Below, piece by piece: positions 11,589 to 21,969 of a DNA stretch of 64,000 nt. The notes under the pieces were generated by a model. The model ran no database searches, was not told where the DNA came from, and worked only from the letters and a program-made list of their open reading frames with translations. This stretch comes from an uncultured Trueperaceae bacterium (GTDB lineage: Bacteria; Deinococcota; Deinococci; Deinococcales; Trueperaceae): positions 1,024,001 to 1,088,000 of the forward strand of contig CAWFFU010000003.1 in NCBI GenBank assembly GCA_963815215.1. Reading direction: 5' to 3'. Both the position numbers and the translations under genes were made by a program. Position 1 is the first letter of the stretch. The number at the start of each line of letters is the position of its first letter.

Positions 11589-12661
11589 GCGGCACCGCCC
11601 CCGGCGCCGACTTCGGCGTAGCGCGGCCGGTCGCAGCGCCCGCCACCTTGCCGGCGGAGTTGCGCGGCACCGGCCGCGACGCTGTGCGCCTGTTGGTCAC
11701 GGACCCACACCGCCATCGCCACCTGCGCTTCCGCGACCTCCCGCAGGCGCTCGCCCCGGGGGACCTGCTGGTGGTCAACGACAGCGCGACGCTGCCCGCC
11801 AGCGTGCCGGCCGAGGGACCCGTCGGCCGCTTCCGCGTGAGCCTGTCCACGCGCTACGGGCCGCTCCTGTGGGTCGCCGAACCGCGCCGCAGCCACGCCG
11901 AGCCGGGACCGCTCCCGCTCGCTGCCGGTGCGATCGCGACGGTCGGCCGCCGCCACCGCGTGCGGGTGCGTTTCGTCGCCCCCCACCCCGGGCTCCCGCG
12001 TCTATGGTTCGTCGCCGCCGACGCGCCCCTCGAGCCGGTCATGGCCGCCGACGGCGAGCCCATCCGCTACGCCTACCTCGAGCGGCCCCAGCCGCTGGAG
12101 GCCTACCAGAGCATCTTCGCCCGCGTGCCGGGGAGCGCGGAGATGCCGTCGGCGGCCCGCCCCTTCACCCATGCCACGCTCGCCGCCCTGCAGGCGCGCG
12201 GGGTAGGCGTGAGCGCACTCACCCTCCACACCGGGGTCAGCAGCCTCGAGCTCGAGCCGCGGCAGGCCGAGCGTACCGGGCTCTACGCCGAGCCCTTCGA
12301 GGTCGGCGCGGCGACCGCCGAGCGCATCGACGCCACACGGCGCGCCGGAGGCCGCGTCATCGCCGTGGGCACCACCGTGGTCCGGGCCCTGGAGACCGCC
12401 TTCGAAGGGGGCCGCGTGCGGCCGATGCGGGGCTTCACCCGGCGCTTCGTGCGCCCGGGCGCAGTGCGCGGCGCGGCGGACGGCCTGCTCACCGGCTTCC
12501 ACGAGCCCCGGAGCACCCACCTGGCGCTGCTCACGGCCCTCGCCGGCGAATCGCTGGTGCTCGACGCCTACCGTCAGGCACAGGCGCGGCCCTACCTGTG
12601 GCACGAGTTCGGGGACGTGCACCTGTGGCTGCCCGAGCGGGAGCCCGAGGCTGCACAATGA
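11585..12661 (+). CDS. QueA-like protein (divergent SAM:tRNA ribosyltransferase-isomerase paralogue)
   Basis: VVNDSATLPA, GSAEMPSAARPF, VGTTVVRALE, LTGFHEPRSTHL, YLWHEFGDVHL; GTGA overlap with the SDR. Confidence 0.88.
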   Translation: MSGTAPGADFGVARPVAAPATLPAELRGTGRDAVRLLVTDPHRHRHLRFRDLPQALAPGDLLVVNDSATLPASVPAEGPVGRFRVSLSTRYGPLLWVAEPRRSHAEPGPLPLAAGAIATVGRRHRVRVRFVAPHPGLPRLWFVAADAPLEPVMAADGEPIRYAYLERPQPLEAYQSIFARVPGSAEMPSAARPFTHATLAALQARGVGVSALTLHTGVSSLELEPRQAERTGLYAEPFEVGAATAERIDATRRAGGRVIAVGTTVVRALETAFEGGRVRPMRGFTRRFVRPGAVRGAADGLLTGFHEPRSTHLALLTALAGESLVLDAYRQAQARPYLWHEFGDVHLWLPEREPEAAQ

Positions 12662-13572
12662 GGCTCGAGGAGGTCACGCATGCTCGGTCCTTGGAGTCCC
12701 CGGCCGTGGAGCCCCCGGCCGTGAGCGCCGCCACCACCTTCGCCTGCGCCACCTGCGGCACCCTGTACCCGGCTGGCGCGGTGCCGCCCGTTGCCTGCCC
12801 GATCTGCCAGGACGTGCGCCAGTACGTCCCGGAGGCGGGGCAGCGCTGGACCACCCCGGTGGAGCTGGCCTCCCGGCACCGCAACGTCATCGAGCGGCTC
12901 GAGCCAGGTCTCTACGCGATCCGCAGCGAGCCGCGCGTGGCCATCGGGCAGCGCGCGTTCCTGCTGCAGACGCCCGCGGGGAACGTATTGTGGGACTGCA
13001 TCACGGTCCTCGACCGAGCCACCGTGGAGGGGGTTCGGGCGCTCGGCGGGGTCGACGCCATCGCCATCAGCCATCCTCACTACTACAGCGGCCAGCGGCT
13101 CTGGTCCGAGGCCTTCGATGCACCGGTCTACCTCCACGGCGCCGATCGGGAATGGGTCGTCGACCCGCACCCGCGACTCAGGTTCTGGGAGAGCGAATCC
13201 AAGCACCTGCTGGAGGGGGTGACCCTGGTGCGTGCGGGCGGACACTTCCCCGGCGGCACGGTGCTGCATTGGGGTGCCGGTGCGGGTGGTGCCGGAGTGG
13301 TGCTATCGGGCGACATCCTGCAAGTCACCCCGGATCGCGGGGTGGTCGGCTTCATGTACTCGTTCCCCAACCACCTGCCCCTCCCCTCCTGGGAGGTGGA
13401 CGCGGTGGCCGACGCCGTCCTACCGCTGGCCTTCGACCGGATCTACGGCGCGTTCGAGGGCGGTCGCATCGGCCAGGGCGCGCGTGAGGCGGTGGAGCGC
13501 GGCCGCCGCCGCTACCTCGAGGCGCTCCGCGGCGCGTTGCCCGGCCTGCGCCCGCCGCCTCCGCGCGGCTGA
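12658..13572 (+). CDS. Metallo-beta-lactamase-fold protein with N-terminal CxxC...CxxC zinc ribbon
   Basis: CATC, CPIC, ISHPHYY, GGHFPGG, SGD; ATGA overlap. Confidence 0.85.
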   Translation: MRLEEVTHARSLESPAVEPPAVSAATTFACATCGTLYPAGAVPPVACPICQDVRQYVPEAGQRWTTPVELASRHRNVIERLEPGLYAIRSEPRVAIGQRAFLLQTPAGNVLWDCITVLDRATVEGVRALGGVDAIAISHPHYYSGQRLWSEAFDAPVYLHGADREWVVDPHPRLRFWESESKHLLEGVTLVRAGGHFPGGTVLHWGAGAGGAGVVLSGDILQVTPDRGVVGFMYSFPNHLPLPSWEVDAVADAVLPLAFDRIYGAFEGGRIGQGAREAVERGRRRYLEALRGALPGLRPPPPRG

Positions 13573-13663
13573 GCGCACGCCGGCGGCGGCGTGCGACGGC
13601 AGCGCGCCGTCCCCGACCGGACGCCGGCGGGTCGCTCCACCGGACCGCACGCATACGACGGAA

Positions 13664-13697
13664 CGGCCCGGCCGCGCCCGTGGGCGCGGCCGGGCCG
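13664..13697. terminator. Long GC hairpin between convergent genes
   Basis: CGGCCCGGCCGCGCCC-GT-GGGCGCGGCCGGGCCG perfect inverted repeat. Confidence 0.6.
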
Positions 13698-13722
13698 CAT
13701 GATCATGAAGGCGTCGCCCGAC

Positions 13723-14376
13723 TCAGGCGGGGGCCTGCGCCAGCTCGACGAGCTGGTCGTAGGCCGCCTGGGCCCGCGCGCGCAGCTTGGCGTTGTCCGC
13801 CTTGCCGGCCATCATGAGGTGCATGTTCATGTGCTGATCGACGTCGCCGAAGATGCTGTTGAGCGCCTCCACCTCGGCGCGCGAGCGCAGGGCGTCGTCG
13901 TCACGGAACATCTGCGTGTACATCGCTTCGAACTGGCGCTCGTCGATGACGCCCGTGAGGTACTGCTCGAGCATGTCGAGGTACGGCTTCAGGCTGGTGC
14001 CCGTGCTGCCGCTCTCGGCGGTGACCGGCGTTCCCTCGGGAACACGCTCGAAGCCCTCGGACAGGGCGTCCGGGGTGATGCCCCAGTTGTTGGCCTCGAA
14101 CACCGGGGTCCCGTCCTTGAACAGGATGACCTGGGGCGACTCGTGGCGGAGCCCCGTCCTCTGGGCCACCAGGTCGCTCGCGGGCCGCGCCTCCACCACG
14201 CGGATGACGCCGCACATCAGGTCCTCGCGGCCGGCCAGCCGGTCCTCGAGGAATCCGAACCCCTGCATCGTCTTGTGGCAGGTCCCCGCCTTGAAGAGGA
14301 CGCTCGATGGAAAGCGGCCGATGAACGCCTCCACGGCCTCTGGACTGGTGAGTAGGACAACACGGTCATTGAGCAT
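13723..14376 (-). CDS. abxC: Monothiol bacilliredoxin, BrxC/YtxJ family, Deinococcus AbxC type with C-terminal extension
   Basis: FKAGTCHKT and RHESPQVILFKDG; SD AGGAGG upstream. Confidence 0.8.
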   Translation of the reverse strand: MLNDRVVLLTSPEAVEAFIGRFPSSVLFKAGTCHKTMQGFGFLEDRLAGREDLMCGVIRVVEARPASDLVAQRTGLRHESPQVILFKDGTPVFEANNWGITPDALSEGFERVPEGTPVTAESGSTGTSLKPYLDMLEQYLTGVIDERQFEAMYTQMFRDDDALRSRAEVEALNSIFGDVDQHMNMHLMMAGKADNAKLRARAQAAYDQLVELAQAPA

Positions 14377-14462
14377 ATTCGCTCCTCCTGCGCACCCTGA
14401 TTGTAGGTGAACGGGCCGCCGGGGCGATGTCGTGTTGCACACCCTTCCCGGCGACCCGTTCG

Positions 14463-14491
14463 TTGACCGGCGGCAGGACGCCTGATACACT
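14463..14491 (+). promoter_or_regulatory. tRNA promoter TTGACC-N17-TACACT
   Basis: -35 at 14463-14468, -10 at 14486-14491, about 20 nt upstream of the tRNA. Confidence 0.7.
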
Positions 14492-14512
14492 CATCGGTGC
14501 CACCGACGGGAC

Positions 14513-14605
14513 GGAGAGGTGTCCGAGTGGTTGAAGGAGCACGCCTGGAAAGCGTGTAGGTGGGCATTCCCTGCCTCGCGGGTTCGAATCCCGCCCTCTC
14601 CGCCA
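14513..14605 (+). tRNA. tRNA-Ser (GGA)
   Basis: GGAGAGG/CCTCTCC acceptor stem, anticodon arm CACGC-CTGGAAA-GCGTG, long variable arm, GGTTCGAATCC, encoded CCA. Confidence 0.97.
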
Positions 14606-14767
14606 ACTGCAAGGCGCGTGCGGCCGCCGAGCCCCGGTTCGGCGGCGCTGTCGTGGATGCCCGGGCGCGTTCCCTTCGCTCCCCGGCGCGACATCGGACG
14701 CGCCTCCGGGAGCGGGTCCCGGAGGCGCGCGTCGAGGACCTCGCAGGCCCTCGACCGAGTCGGCCGT

Positions 14768-15454
14768 TCAGGCCTGGGCCGCGGCTCCCTGGCTCACCTG
14801 CATGAGCGCTTCGGCGAAGGCGTGCTCGGGCTGCGCGCCCAACACGCGGGTCGCGTTGGCGCCGGTGACGATGGTGTCGGGCACGCCCGAGATGCGGTGC
14901 TGCTGGGACAGGGTGGGGAACTCGTTCGCTTCGATCCCCTCGGCGACGATGCGATCGTTCACCAGGGCGAAGCGGAAGGCGGTGAGCACCGCCCGCGGGC
15001 AGTAGGGGCAGGTCGGCGTGACGAACGTCTGCAGGCTGATGGCGTCGTCGATCCCCTTGATGCTCTCCAGCGTGGGCGTGAGCTCCGGTTCTTCGCCACC
15101 GAGCATCAGCAGCGTCTCGAGCAGGGTGGTGAACTCGTAGCCGCTGGGGATCCCCAGGAAGCGCATGTTGCTGCGCGTGGTGCCTTTGCGTCGGAACAGC
15201 GTCGTGGGCGCGCGCGTGATGCCGAGCGCCTTGGCTTCGTCGTCCGCGGCCAAGCTGCGCTCGACGACCTCGACGTGGTCGTTGAGCTCGGCGACTTCCT
15301 TGAGCAACTGGATCGTGGCGTCCTGCTCTCCGACCGGATCTTGCCCGGGCACGACGACCTGACCGCCCTTGTAGACGATCATCTCCACGTCGTTCTGAAG
15401 GGCGCTCAGCGCGTCCCGGACCTGGCCCCGGATGTCATCATCGAGAAAAGCCAT
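14768..15454 (-). CDS. Protein disulfide oxidoreductase (tandem thioredoxin fold, AhpF N-terminal-domain-like)
   Basis: RFLGIPSGYEFTTLL, TPTCPYCP, GVPDT; only the C-terminal CxxC is present. Confidence 0.85.
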   Translation of the reverse strand: MAFLDDDIRGQVRDALSALQNDVEMIVYKGGQVVVPGQDPVGEQDATIQLLKEVAELNDHVEVVERSLAADDEAKALGITRAPTTLFRRKGTTRSNMRFLGIPSGYEFTTLLETLLMLGGEEPELTPTLESIKGIDDAISLQTFVTPTCPYCPRAVLTAFRFALVNDRIVAEGIEANEFPTLSQQHRISGVPDTIVTGANATRVLGAQPEHAFAEALMQVSQGAAAQA

Positions 15455-15498
15455 GATTGGCTCCCTTCCATCCAAACTAACCTCTGCTACGCTACCAC

Positions 15499-15515
15499 AT
15501 ACCCCTGGTGGGTAT
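15499..15515. promoter_or_regulatory. CsoR/RcnR-family-like operator ATACCC-N5-GGGTAT
   Basis: Perfect 6-5-6 palindrome about 45 nt upstream of the PDO start. Confidence 0.6.
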
Positions 15516-15641
15516 CCAGTGACGGGCGACAGCGCCGGTCTCACCCTCGTCATGGATGTCCTAGGGTGGTCTCACGCCCCTCGGCTAGGCTGAACGCGTC
15601 GGAACGAGCGCTGACGCCGGCGCCGGAGAGGAGCCGTTCTC

Positions 15642-15860
15642 ATGGGTCCACGCGAGCGTGTCTGGATACGCGACGATCGCGGCGTTCACGCCACTGCCGC
15701 CGTACCACCGGCCGCCTGGAGCGGCGAGCGCGGATGCATCGTGGGGCCGTTCAGCAATGCCCAGTGCGCCCGCGCCTTCCTGTTCCTGCGTCAGCGAGGC
15801 CGCGGCGGAGTCCGCATCTTCCCCGCCGGTACCGCCTTCTACGTCGAGATGCTGCCGTGA
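15642..15860 (+). CDS. Small hypothetical protein
   Basis: SD GGAGAGGAG upstream; fills the gap before murI; no family recognised. Confidence 0.45.
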   Translation: MGPRERVWIRDDRGVHATAAVPPAAWSGERGCIVGPFSNAQCARAFLFLRQRGRGGVRIFPAGTAFYVEMLP

Positions 15861-15936
15861 GGTCCTCGGCCGACCCGGCGTCGCCCACGCGGATTTGTCC
15901 ACGCCCGCGCCGCGGGGTGGGTGGTAAGCTGCGCCC

Positions 15937-16752
15937 GTGCCGGATCTCGCCAACCAGCCGCTCGGCGTCTTCGACTCCGGCGTCGGTGGCCTCACGGTCC
16001 TAGGCGCCCTGCAACGGGCGCTCCCGAACGAATCCCTGCTCTACCTGGGTGATACCGCCCGCGTTCCCTACGGCTCCAAGCCGCTCGACATGGTGCGCGG
16101 CTTCGCGCGGCAGATCAGCCACGAGCTGCTCCGCCGCGGCGTCAAGGGCATCGTGGTCGCGTGCAACACGGCCTCGGCGGCCAGTCTCCCGCAGCTCGCC
16201 GACGAGTTGCCCGTTCCGGTATGGGGTGTGGTGGACCCCGGTGTCGAGGCCGCCCTGGCGGCGACGCGCTCGGGCCGCGTGGGGGTCCTCGGCACGGTAG
16301 GCACCATCGCGGCCCGCGTCTACCAGGACCGTCTGGAGGCCGCCGGAGCGCTCACCTGGGGCAAGGCCTGCCCGCTGTTCGTGCCGATCGTGGAGGAGGG
16401 GATCTCCGACTCCGCCATAGCGACCCTGGTAGCCGAGCACTACCTGTCGGAGCGTCCGGCCCTGGACACAGTCATCCTGGCCTGCACCCACTACCCCGCC
16501 CTTCGCGCCACCCTGCAGTCGGTGCTCGGCGACGACGTAGCGCTGGTCGACTCGGCCGCATCGACCGCCGCGGTGGTGGCGCGCGATCTCGCCAGGGCCG
16601 GACTGGCTGCCCCGGCCGGCATCGACGGCGAGGTCCGCCACCTCGTCACCGGCGACGTCGACGCGTACGTACACACCGCTCGCGTCCTGGGCGGCCCCAT
16701 GGGCCCCGCCGAACGTGTCGTCCTCGATGCGCTCGAGCCCACTCCCGGCTGA
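15937..16752 (+). CDS. murI: Glutamate racemase
   Basis: FDSGVGGLTV, ACNTAS, LACTHYP. Confidence 0.96.
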   Translation: MPDLANQPLGVFDSGVGGLTVLGALQRALPNESLLYLGDTARVPYGSKPLDMVRGFARQISHELLRRGVKGIVVACNTASAASLPQLADELPVPVWGVVDPGVEAALAATRSGRVGVLGTVGTIAARVYQDRLEAAGALTWGKACPLFVPIVEEGISDSAIATLVAEHYLSERPALDTVILACTHYPALRATLQSVLGDDVALVDSAASTAAVVARDLARAGLAAPAGIDGEVRHLVTGDVDAYVHTARVLGGPMGPAERVVLDALEPTPG

Positions 16753-16764
16753 GGAAGCGACCCC

Positions 16765-17475
16765 ATGCGCAGCGACCGACGCCCCGACGAACTCCGGCCC
16801 ATCACCGTCACCCCCGGCTACAACCGCTACGCCGAGGGCTCGGCGCTGGTCGAGTGGGGCGGGACGGTCGTGCTGGCCACCGTCACGCTCGACAACAGGC
16901 TGCCCCCGCACCTGCGCGGGCAGCGGGCCAAGAACGGCTGGCTCACGGCCGAATACGCGTTGCTGCCCCGCAGCACTCAGGAGCGAAGCCAGCGCGAGCG
17001 GCTCTATGCGGGCGGCCGCACCCAGGAGATCCAACGCCTCATCGGGCGCGCGCTGCGCAGCGTGGTCGCGCTGGAGATGTTCCGCAACCGGACGCTCATC
17101 ATCGATGTCGACGTGTTGCAGGCCGATGGAGGCACGCGCTGTGCAGGCATCACGGCGGGCTACGCTGCACTGCACCACGCGGCCAGTCGCCTGGTGTTCG
17201 ACGGTACGCTCTCCGAGTGGCCCCTCAAGTACGAGCTCGCCGCCGTGAGCGTGGGGCTCGTCGACGGCGCGACGCTCGTCGACCTCCAGTACAGTGAGGA
17301 CGTGCAGGCCGAGGTCGATCTCAACGTCATCGCGACGCGCGAGGGGGACGTGGTAGAGGTGCAGGGCGGTGGCGAGGACCGTCCGATCCCCGCCGAGACC
17401 TACGTCACCCTCGTCGCCAACGGCGTAACGGCGGTGCAGCGCGTGATCGACATCATGAGGCCGCAGCTCTCGTGA
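16765..17475 (+). CDS. rph: Ribonuclease PH
   Basis: WLTAEYALLPRST, GRTQEIQRLIGRALR, QADGGTRCA. Confidence 0.96.
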   Translation: MRSDRRPDELRPITVTPGYNRYAEGSALVEWGGTVVLATVTLDNRLPPHLRGQRAKNGWLTAEYALLPRSTQERSQRERLYAGGRTQEIQRLIGRALRSVVALEMFRNRTLIIDVDVLQADGGTRCAGITAGYAALHHAASRLVFDGTLSEWPLKYELAAVSVGLVDGATLVDLQYSEDVQAEVDLNVIATREGDVVEVQGGGEDRPIPAETYVTLVANGVTAVQRVIDIMRPQLS

Positions 17476-18116
17476 GCCGCCTGCGCATCGTTATCGCCAC
17501 CGGCAACGCCGGCAAGCTGCGCGAGTTCCGGCGCGCCCTCGCGCGCCTCGATGTGGTGCTGGTCTCCGCCCAGGATGCCGGCGTCCGCCGCTTCCCCGAC
17601 GAAACGGGAGCGAGCTACGAGGAGAACGCCCTGCTGAAGGCTGGCTACGCCGCCCTGCAGAGCGGGCTGCCAGCCCTGGCCGACGATTCCGGCCTGGAAG
17701 TCGACGTGCTCGACGGAGCCCCCGGAGTGTACTCCGCCCGCTTCGGCGGCAAGCTGCGCGACGGCGAGCGCATCGCCTACCTGCTCGAGAAGATGCGCGA
17801 CGTGCCCCGGGGAGCGCGCGGCGCCAGCTTCGTGAGCACGGTGGTGCTGGCGACGCCCGGCGGAGAGGTGAAGAGCTTCGTCGGGGAGTGCCGCGGCGAG
17901 ATCCTGGAGGGTCCGCACGGCGAGGGCGGCTTCGGCTACGACCCGGTGTTCTTCAGTCCCGAGCTCGGCAAGACCTTCGCCGAGTCCGACGCCGACGCCA
18001 AAGGCCGGGTAAGCCACCGAGGGCGTGCGCTGCAACGCTTCCTGGAGTGGGCCCTCACGCCCGTCGGCAAGCGCACCATGCAGGAGACCTCCCCGCGGCG
18101 CGACTCCAAACTCTGA
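17472..18116 (+). CDS. rdgB: Non-canonical purine NTP pyrophosphatase
   Basis: ATGNAGKLRE, ADDSGL, GFGYDPVF, SHRGRA. Confidence 0.96.
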   Translation: MSRLRIVIATGNAGKLREFRRALARLDVVLVSAQDAGVRRFPDETGASYEENALLKAGYAALQSGLPALADDSGLEVDVLDGAPGVYSARFGGKLRDGERIAYLLEKMRDVPRGARGASFVSTVVLATPGGEVKSFVGECRGEILEGPHGEGGFGYDPVFFSPELGKTFAESDADAKGRVSHRGRALQRFLEWALTPVGKRTMQETSPRRDSKL

Positions 18117-18130
18117 GCTGCGCGCTCGGC

Positions 18131-18889
18131 TCACCAGTCCGTCGGCGGCGTGTCCCTCACCGTGTCGGCGGCATGCCTCAGGTCGGCAGCGAAGCGTTCC
18201 TCCCAGCCCGCCAGCGTCGTCGACGTGACCTGCTCAAGGGTCTGCTCGCCGTCGAGCTCCGCATGGGCGGCGAGGCGTGCCCGCCACTGCCGCACCCAGT
18301 CCGGGTGGTAGCGCGTCAGTGTCTGGCCGCGCAGTAGGCATTGAGCGGTGGCGACCACGCGCTGACGCGGGTTGAGCCGTCCCATGTCCCGCAACAGCGG
18401 CTCCGCGAACGGCTTGCGCCAACGGAACAGCGCCACCTGTTCGGCGACCGCTTCGATCCAGGCGCCCCGGTCGTCCCACATGTGTCGCAGCGGTAACAGC
18501 GCGGCGTCCAGCAACCAGTCGGGGTGACGCGGGCCGGCCCCCGGGAAGGCATCCTCACGGGTCGCCCGGTAGAACAGGATGCGACCGAGCTCGTAACTCA
18601 GCGCACCGGCCGCGCGCGGCGAGCGCTCGTCGAAGCCGCGCAACGCATGTCGGAGCGTTCCCGTTACGGGATTGGCGCCGCTCGCCCGCGGTTTCTCGAG
18701 CAGCTCGAGCCGGACCGGGCCCCGCCAGGTCGTGCCCAGGTAACGCGCCACAACCGGCCGGAGGACCTCGACGAGCGCGGCCGCCGCCTCCGCGCGCACC
18801 TCCTCGCCGCGCGGGTAGCGGAGGTCGATGTCGGCGTGCCGGCCCTCGGCGACGCCGTCCAGCCGAAGCGGTTGCGGTGCGGGGTCCAT
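18131..18889 (-). CDS. Hypothetical protein
   Basis: Protein-like composition directly downstream of glpX; GAGGGG upstream of ATG. Confidence 0.65.
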   Translation of the reverse strand: MDPAPQPLRLDGVAEGRHADIDLRYPRGEEVRAEAAAALVEVLRPVVARYLGTTWRGPVRLELLEKPRASGANPVTGTLRHALRGFDERSPRAAGALSYELGRILFYRATREDAFPGAGPRHPDWLLDAALLPLRHMWDDRGAWIEAVAEQVALFRWRKPFAEPLLRDMGRLNPRQRVVATAQCLLRGQTLTRYHPDWVRQWRARLAAHAELDGEQTLEQVTSTTLAGWEERFAADLRHAADTVRDTPPTDW

Positions 18890-18914
18890 GCCGTGTCCCC
18901 TCCGGGGAAGGCCC

Positions 18915-19955
18915 TCAGACCTGGATGGTGACGCGCGCGCCGTCACCCAGGAGGTGCACGGCGTCGCTGAAGCGGATGACACGCGACTGCAGGCCCATGG
19001 TCACGCTCTGGGTCCGGGCGCCGTTCTTGAAGAACTTGACGCCCCGCAAAAGGTCACCGTCGGTGATGCCCGTTGCGCTGAAGACGATGGTCTCGCCCGG
19101 CGCCAGGTCGTTGGTGCGGTAGACCTTGTCCACCGAGGCCCCCATGGCCTCGAGACGGGCCTTCTCGTCGTCGTTGCGGGGCCGGAAGCGGCCCTGGATC
19201 TCACCGCCCAGGCACTTCAGGGCGGCGGCCGCCAGCACGCCCTCGGGCGCACCGCCCGTCCCCATCACCGCGTGCACGCCGGTGCCCCGCACGGCTGCCG
19301 ACAGTGCGGCGATGACGTCGCCGTCACCGATCAGCTTCACGCGGGCACCGGCATCCCGGACCTCCTGGATGAGCTCGGCGTGACGGGGCCGGTCGAGGAT
19401 GACCACGGTCAGGTCGTCCACGGCGCGGTCGAGCGACAGCGCCACCGAGCGCAGATTCGCGGCCACCGGCCACAACAGGTCGACCGTGCCTGCGGCCGGC
19501 GGACCCACCACCAGCTTCTGCATGTAGGTGTCGGGGGCGTGGAACAGCCCGCCGCGCTCGGCCAGCGCGATCACCGCCACCGAGTTGGCGACCATGCGGG
19601 CGGTGATGTTCGTGCCCTCCACCGGGTCCACCGCGATGTCCACCCGCCAGGTACCTTCGCCGGCGCGGCCGAGCCGCTCCCCGATGAACAGCATGGGAGC
19701 TTCGTCGCGCTCGCCCTCGCCGATGACGATCTCTCCGTCGATGTCGAGCTCGTTGAGTACCCGCCGCATCGCGTCGGTGCCGGCCTGGTCGACCAGATCG
19801 GCGTCACCCTTGCCCGCCACACGGCTGGCGGCGATGGCCGCCTGTTCAGTCACGCGGACGGTGTCGAGCACCAGCGCGCGTTCCATGTCGACACTGCTAC
19901 TCACGGCCGCAGGGCGCTTCGCCCGCGGCCCCACCGTCTTCTTCGAGGACGCCAT
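18915..19955 (-). CDS. glpX: Fructose-1,6-bisphosphatase class II
   Basis: [35 protein letters not shown]; start could alternatively be MERALV. Confidence 0.95.
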   Translation of the reverse strand: MASSKKTVGPRAKRPAAVSSSVDMERALVLDTVRVTEQAAIAASRVAGKGDADLVDQAGTDAMRRVLNELDIDGEIVIGEGERDEAPMLFIGERLGRAGEGTWRVDIAVDPVEGTNITARMVANSVAVIALAERGGLFHAPDTYMQKLVVGPPAAGTVDLLWPVAANLRSVALSLDRAVDDLTVVILDRPRHAELIQEVRDAGARVKLIGDGDVIAALSAAVRGTGVHAVMGTGGAPEGVLAAAALKCLGGEIQGRFRPRNDDEKARLEAMGASVDKVYRTNDLAPGETIVFSATGITDGDLLRGVKFFKNGARTQSVTMGLQSRVIRFSDAVHLLGDGARVTIQV

Positions 19956-20060
19956 GCCTTGCATTGTGTCAGCCGGGGGGTGTCCTTGTCACCTGGGCCG
20001 GAACGAGCACCGCTGCCCGTCGACGCCGGACCGGCCCCCTCGCGCGCTGCGATGCCGGCT

Positions 20061-20759
20061 TCAGGAGCGCAGCGACGCGTCGCTGTGGCGCCGGGCGAGC
20101 TCGGCGGCGACGTCGTCCAGGGTCACGCCGCGTTCGCTCAGCAACACCGTCAGGTGGAACAGCAGGTCGGCCGCCTCGGCGACCAGCTCTTCGTTCCTGT
20201 GCTCGAGCGCCGCGACGATGCTCTCGCCCGCCTCCTCCACCACCTTCTGCGCCACGTACCCGAGTCCGCGCTCGTGCAAGCGCCGCACGTAGCTCCCTTC
20301 GGGAAGGTCGCGCAGGCGCTCGTTCACTACGCGCTGCAGGAGCGGAAGCACGGAGCCCAGGGAGGTCGCGGGCGCGGCGCTGGGCGCGCCGCTGACGGGC
20401 TCGCTGGCCGCGTCGGCCGGCGCCGTCGCGGAGGCATCGGCCGCACCGGCGATCCGGTAGAAGCAGCTACGATTCCCCGTGTGGCAGGCCGGCCCGGTCT
20501 GCTCCACCCGGTAGAGCAGGGCGTCCTCGTCACAGTCGTAGCGCACCTCGACCACGTGCTGCACGTGCCCGCTGGTCTCCCCCTTGCGCCACATCGTGCC
20601 GCGGGAGCGGCTGTGGTAGTGCGCCTGACGGGTCGCTAGGGTGGCCTCGACGGCCTCGGAGTCGGCATAGGCGAGCATCAACACCTCGCCGGATGCGGCG
20701 TCCTGCGCGATGACCGGCAGCAGGCCGTCGTCGTCGAAGCGAAGGGGTGGAAGCGTCAT
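20061..20759 (-). CDS. hisIE: Bifunctional phosphoribosyl-AMP cyclohydrolase / phosphoribosyl-ATP pyrophosphatase
   Basis: [40 protein letters not shown]. Confidence 0.95.
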   Translation of the reverse strand: MTLPPLRFDDDGLLPVIAQDAASGEVLMLAYADSEAVEATLATRQAHYHSRSRGTMWRKGETSGHVQHVVEVRYDCDEDALLYRVEQTGPACHTGNRSCFYRIAGAADASATAPADAASEPVSGAPSAAPATSLGSVLPLLQRVVNERLRDLPEGSYVRRLHERGLGYVAQKVVEEAGESIVAALEHRNEELVAEAADLLFHLTVLLSERGVTLDDVAAELARRHSDASLRS

Positions 20760-20800
20760 GCCGACCAGTCTAAGGCGTGGCGTCGCGCGATCCCGTCGGC

Positions 20801-21937
20801 TCAGCCGGCCAGGGCCTGAGCCAGGTCCGCGATCAGGTCGTCGGGGTGCTCGAGCCCCACCGATACCCGCAGCAGGTCGCCCGGGGTCGTCGTGCCGGGG
20901 CCCTCGATCGAGGCGCGGTGCTCGATCAGGCTCTCGACCCCACCCAGGCTGGTGGCCCGCGTGAACAGCCGGACCCGCGCCGCGACCTTCATCGCGGCCG
21001 GCTCCCCCCCGCGCACCCGCATCGACACCATGCCCCCGAAGCTCAGCATCTGCCGCTCTGCCACCGCATGCCCCGGGTGGCTCGCCAGGCCCGGGTAGTA
21101 CACGTGCGTCACTTCGGGGCACCCCTCCAGGAACGCAGCCACGCGCAGCGCACCTTCGGTGTGGCCCCGCATGCGATAGGGCAGCGTGCGCAGCCCGCGG
21201 TGCGTCAGCCAGCAGTCGAACGGACCGGGAACGGCCCCCTCGTTCTGCTGAAGGAAGCGGACCCGCTCCCAGCCTTCGTCGGCGCGCGCCGTCACGACCG
21301 CACCGCCAAGAACGTCACTGTGACCTGACAGGTACTTGGTCGTGGCGTGCATGACCAGATCGGCGCCGAGAACGAACGGATCAGCCACCCCCGGCGGGGT
21401 CCAGGTGGCGTCCACCGCCACCCGCGCGCCGCGGCCGTGCGCGAACTCGCTGACCGCCGCCAGGTCGGTGATGCTCAGCAGCGGGTTGGAGGGCGTCTCG
21501 ACCCAGACCAGGCGCGTCTCAGGGCGCCAGGCGGCCCGTAGAGCCTCCAGGTCGGTGAGATCGACGTAGTCGACGCCCAGCCCCCAGGGCACCAGGGCGC
21601 CGTCCACCAGCTTGCGGATGCCGTGGTACAGCTCCCGCGGCAGGATCACGCGCTCGCCGGGGGCCAGCGAGCGCAACACCGCCGACGCCGCCGCCGAGCC
21701 GGAAGCGAAGGCGGCCGCCTCGACCCCTCCCTGTAGCGCGGCCAGCGCCGTCTCCAGCGCCTGCCGATTGGGGTTGGCGCTGCGCGTGTAGACGTAGCCG
21801 AGGGGGTAGGCGCCGTCGGCCCCGCGCATGAACGTGGTGCTGAGATGGATCGGCGGCGTCACGGCCCCGGTCGCGGGATCGGGGTCGCTGCCGGCATGCA
21901 CCGCCAGGGTCTCCAGGTGGGGCCGCTTCTCGCTCAC
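20801..21937 (-). CDS. metB: Cystathionine gamma-synthase/lyase family PLP enzyme
   Basis: [49 protein letters not shown]; exact specificity uncertain. Confidence 0.85.
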   Translation of the reverse strand: MSEKRPHLETLAVHAGSDPDPATGAVTPPIHLSTTFMRGADGAYPLGYVYTRSANPNRQALETALAALQGGVEAAAFASGSAAASAVLRSLAPGERVILPRELYHGIRKLVDGALVPWGLGVDYVDLTDLEALRAAWRPETRLVWVETPSNPLLSITDLAAVSEFAHGRGARVAVDATWTPPGVADPFVLGADLVMHATTKYLSGHSDVLGGAVVTARADEGWERVRFLQQNEGAVPGPFDCWLTHRGLRTLPYRMRGHTEGALRVAAFLEGCPEVTHVYYPGLASHPGHAVAERQMLSFGGMVSMRVRGGEPAAMKVAARVRLFTRATSLGGVESLIEHRASIEGPGTTTPGDLLRVSVGLEHPDDLIADLAQALAG

Positions 21938-21969
21938 ACTCTCCTCCTCGTTCAGCGACGGCTCGGGCG

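Noticed and set aside
14606..14767. Possible integrative element at the tRNA-Ser 3' end
   Set aside because: No integrase, no duplicated tRNA 3' end seen and no compositional shift
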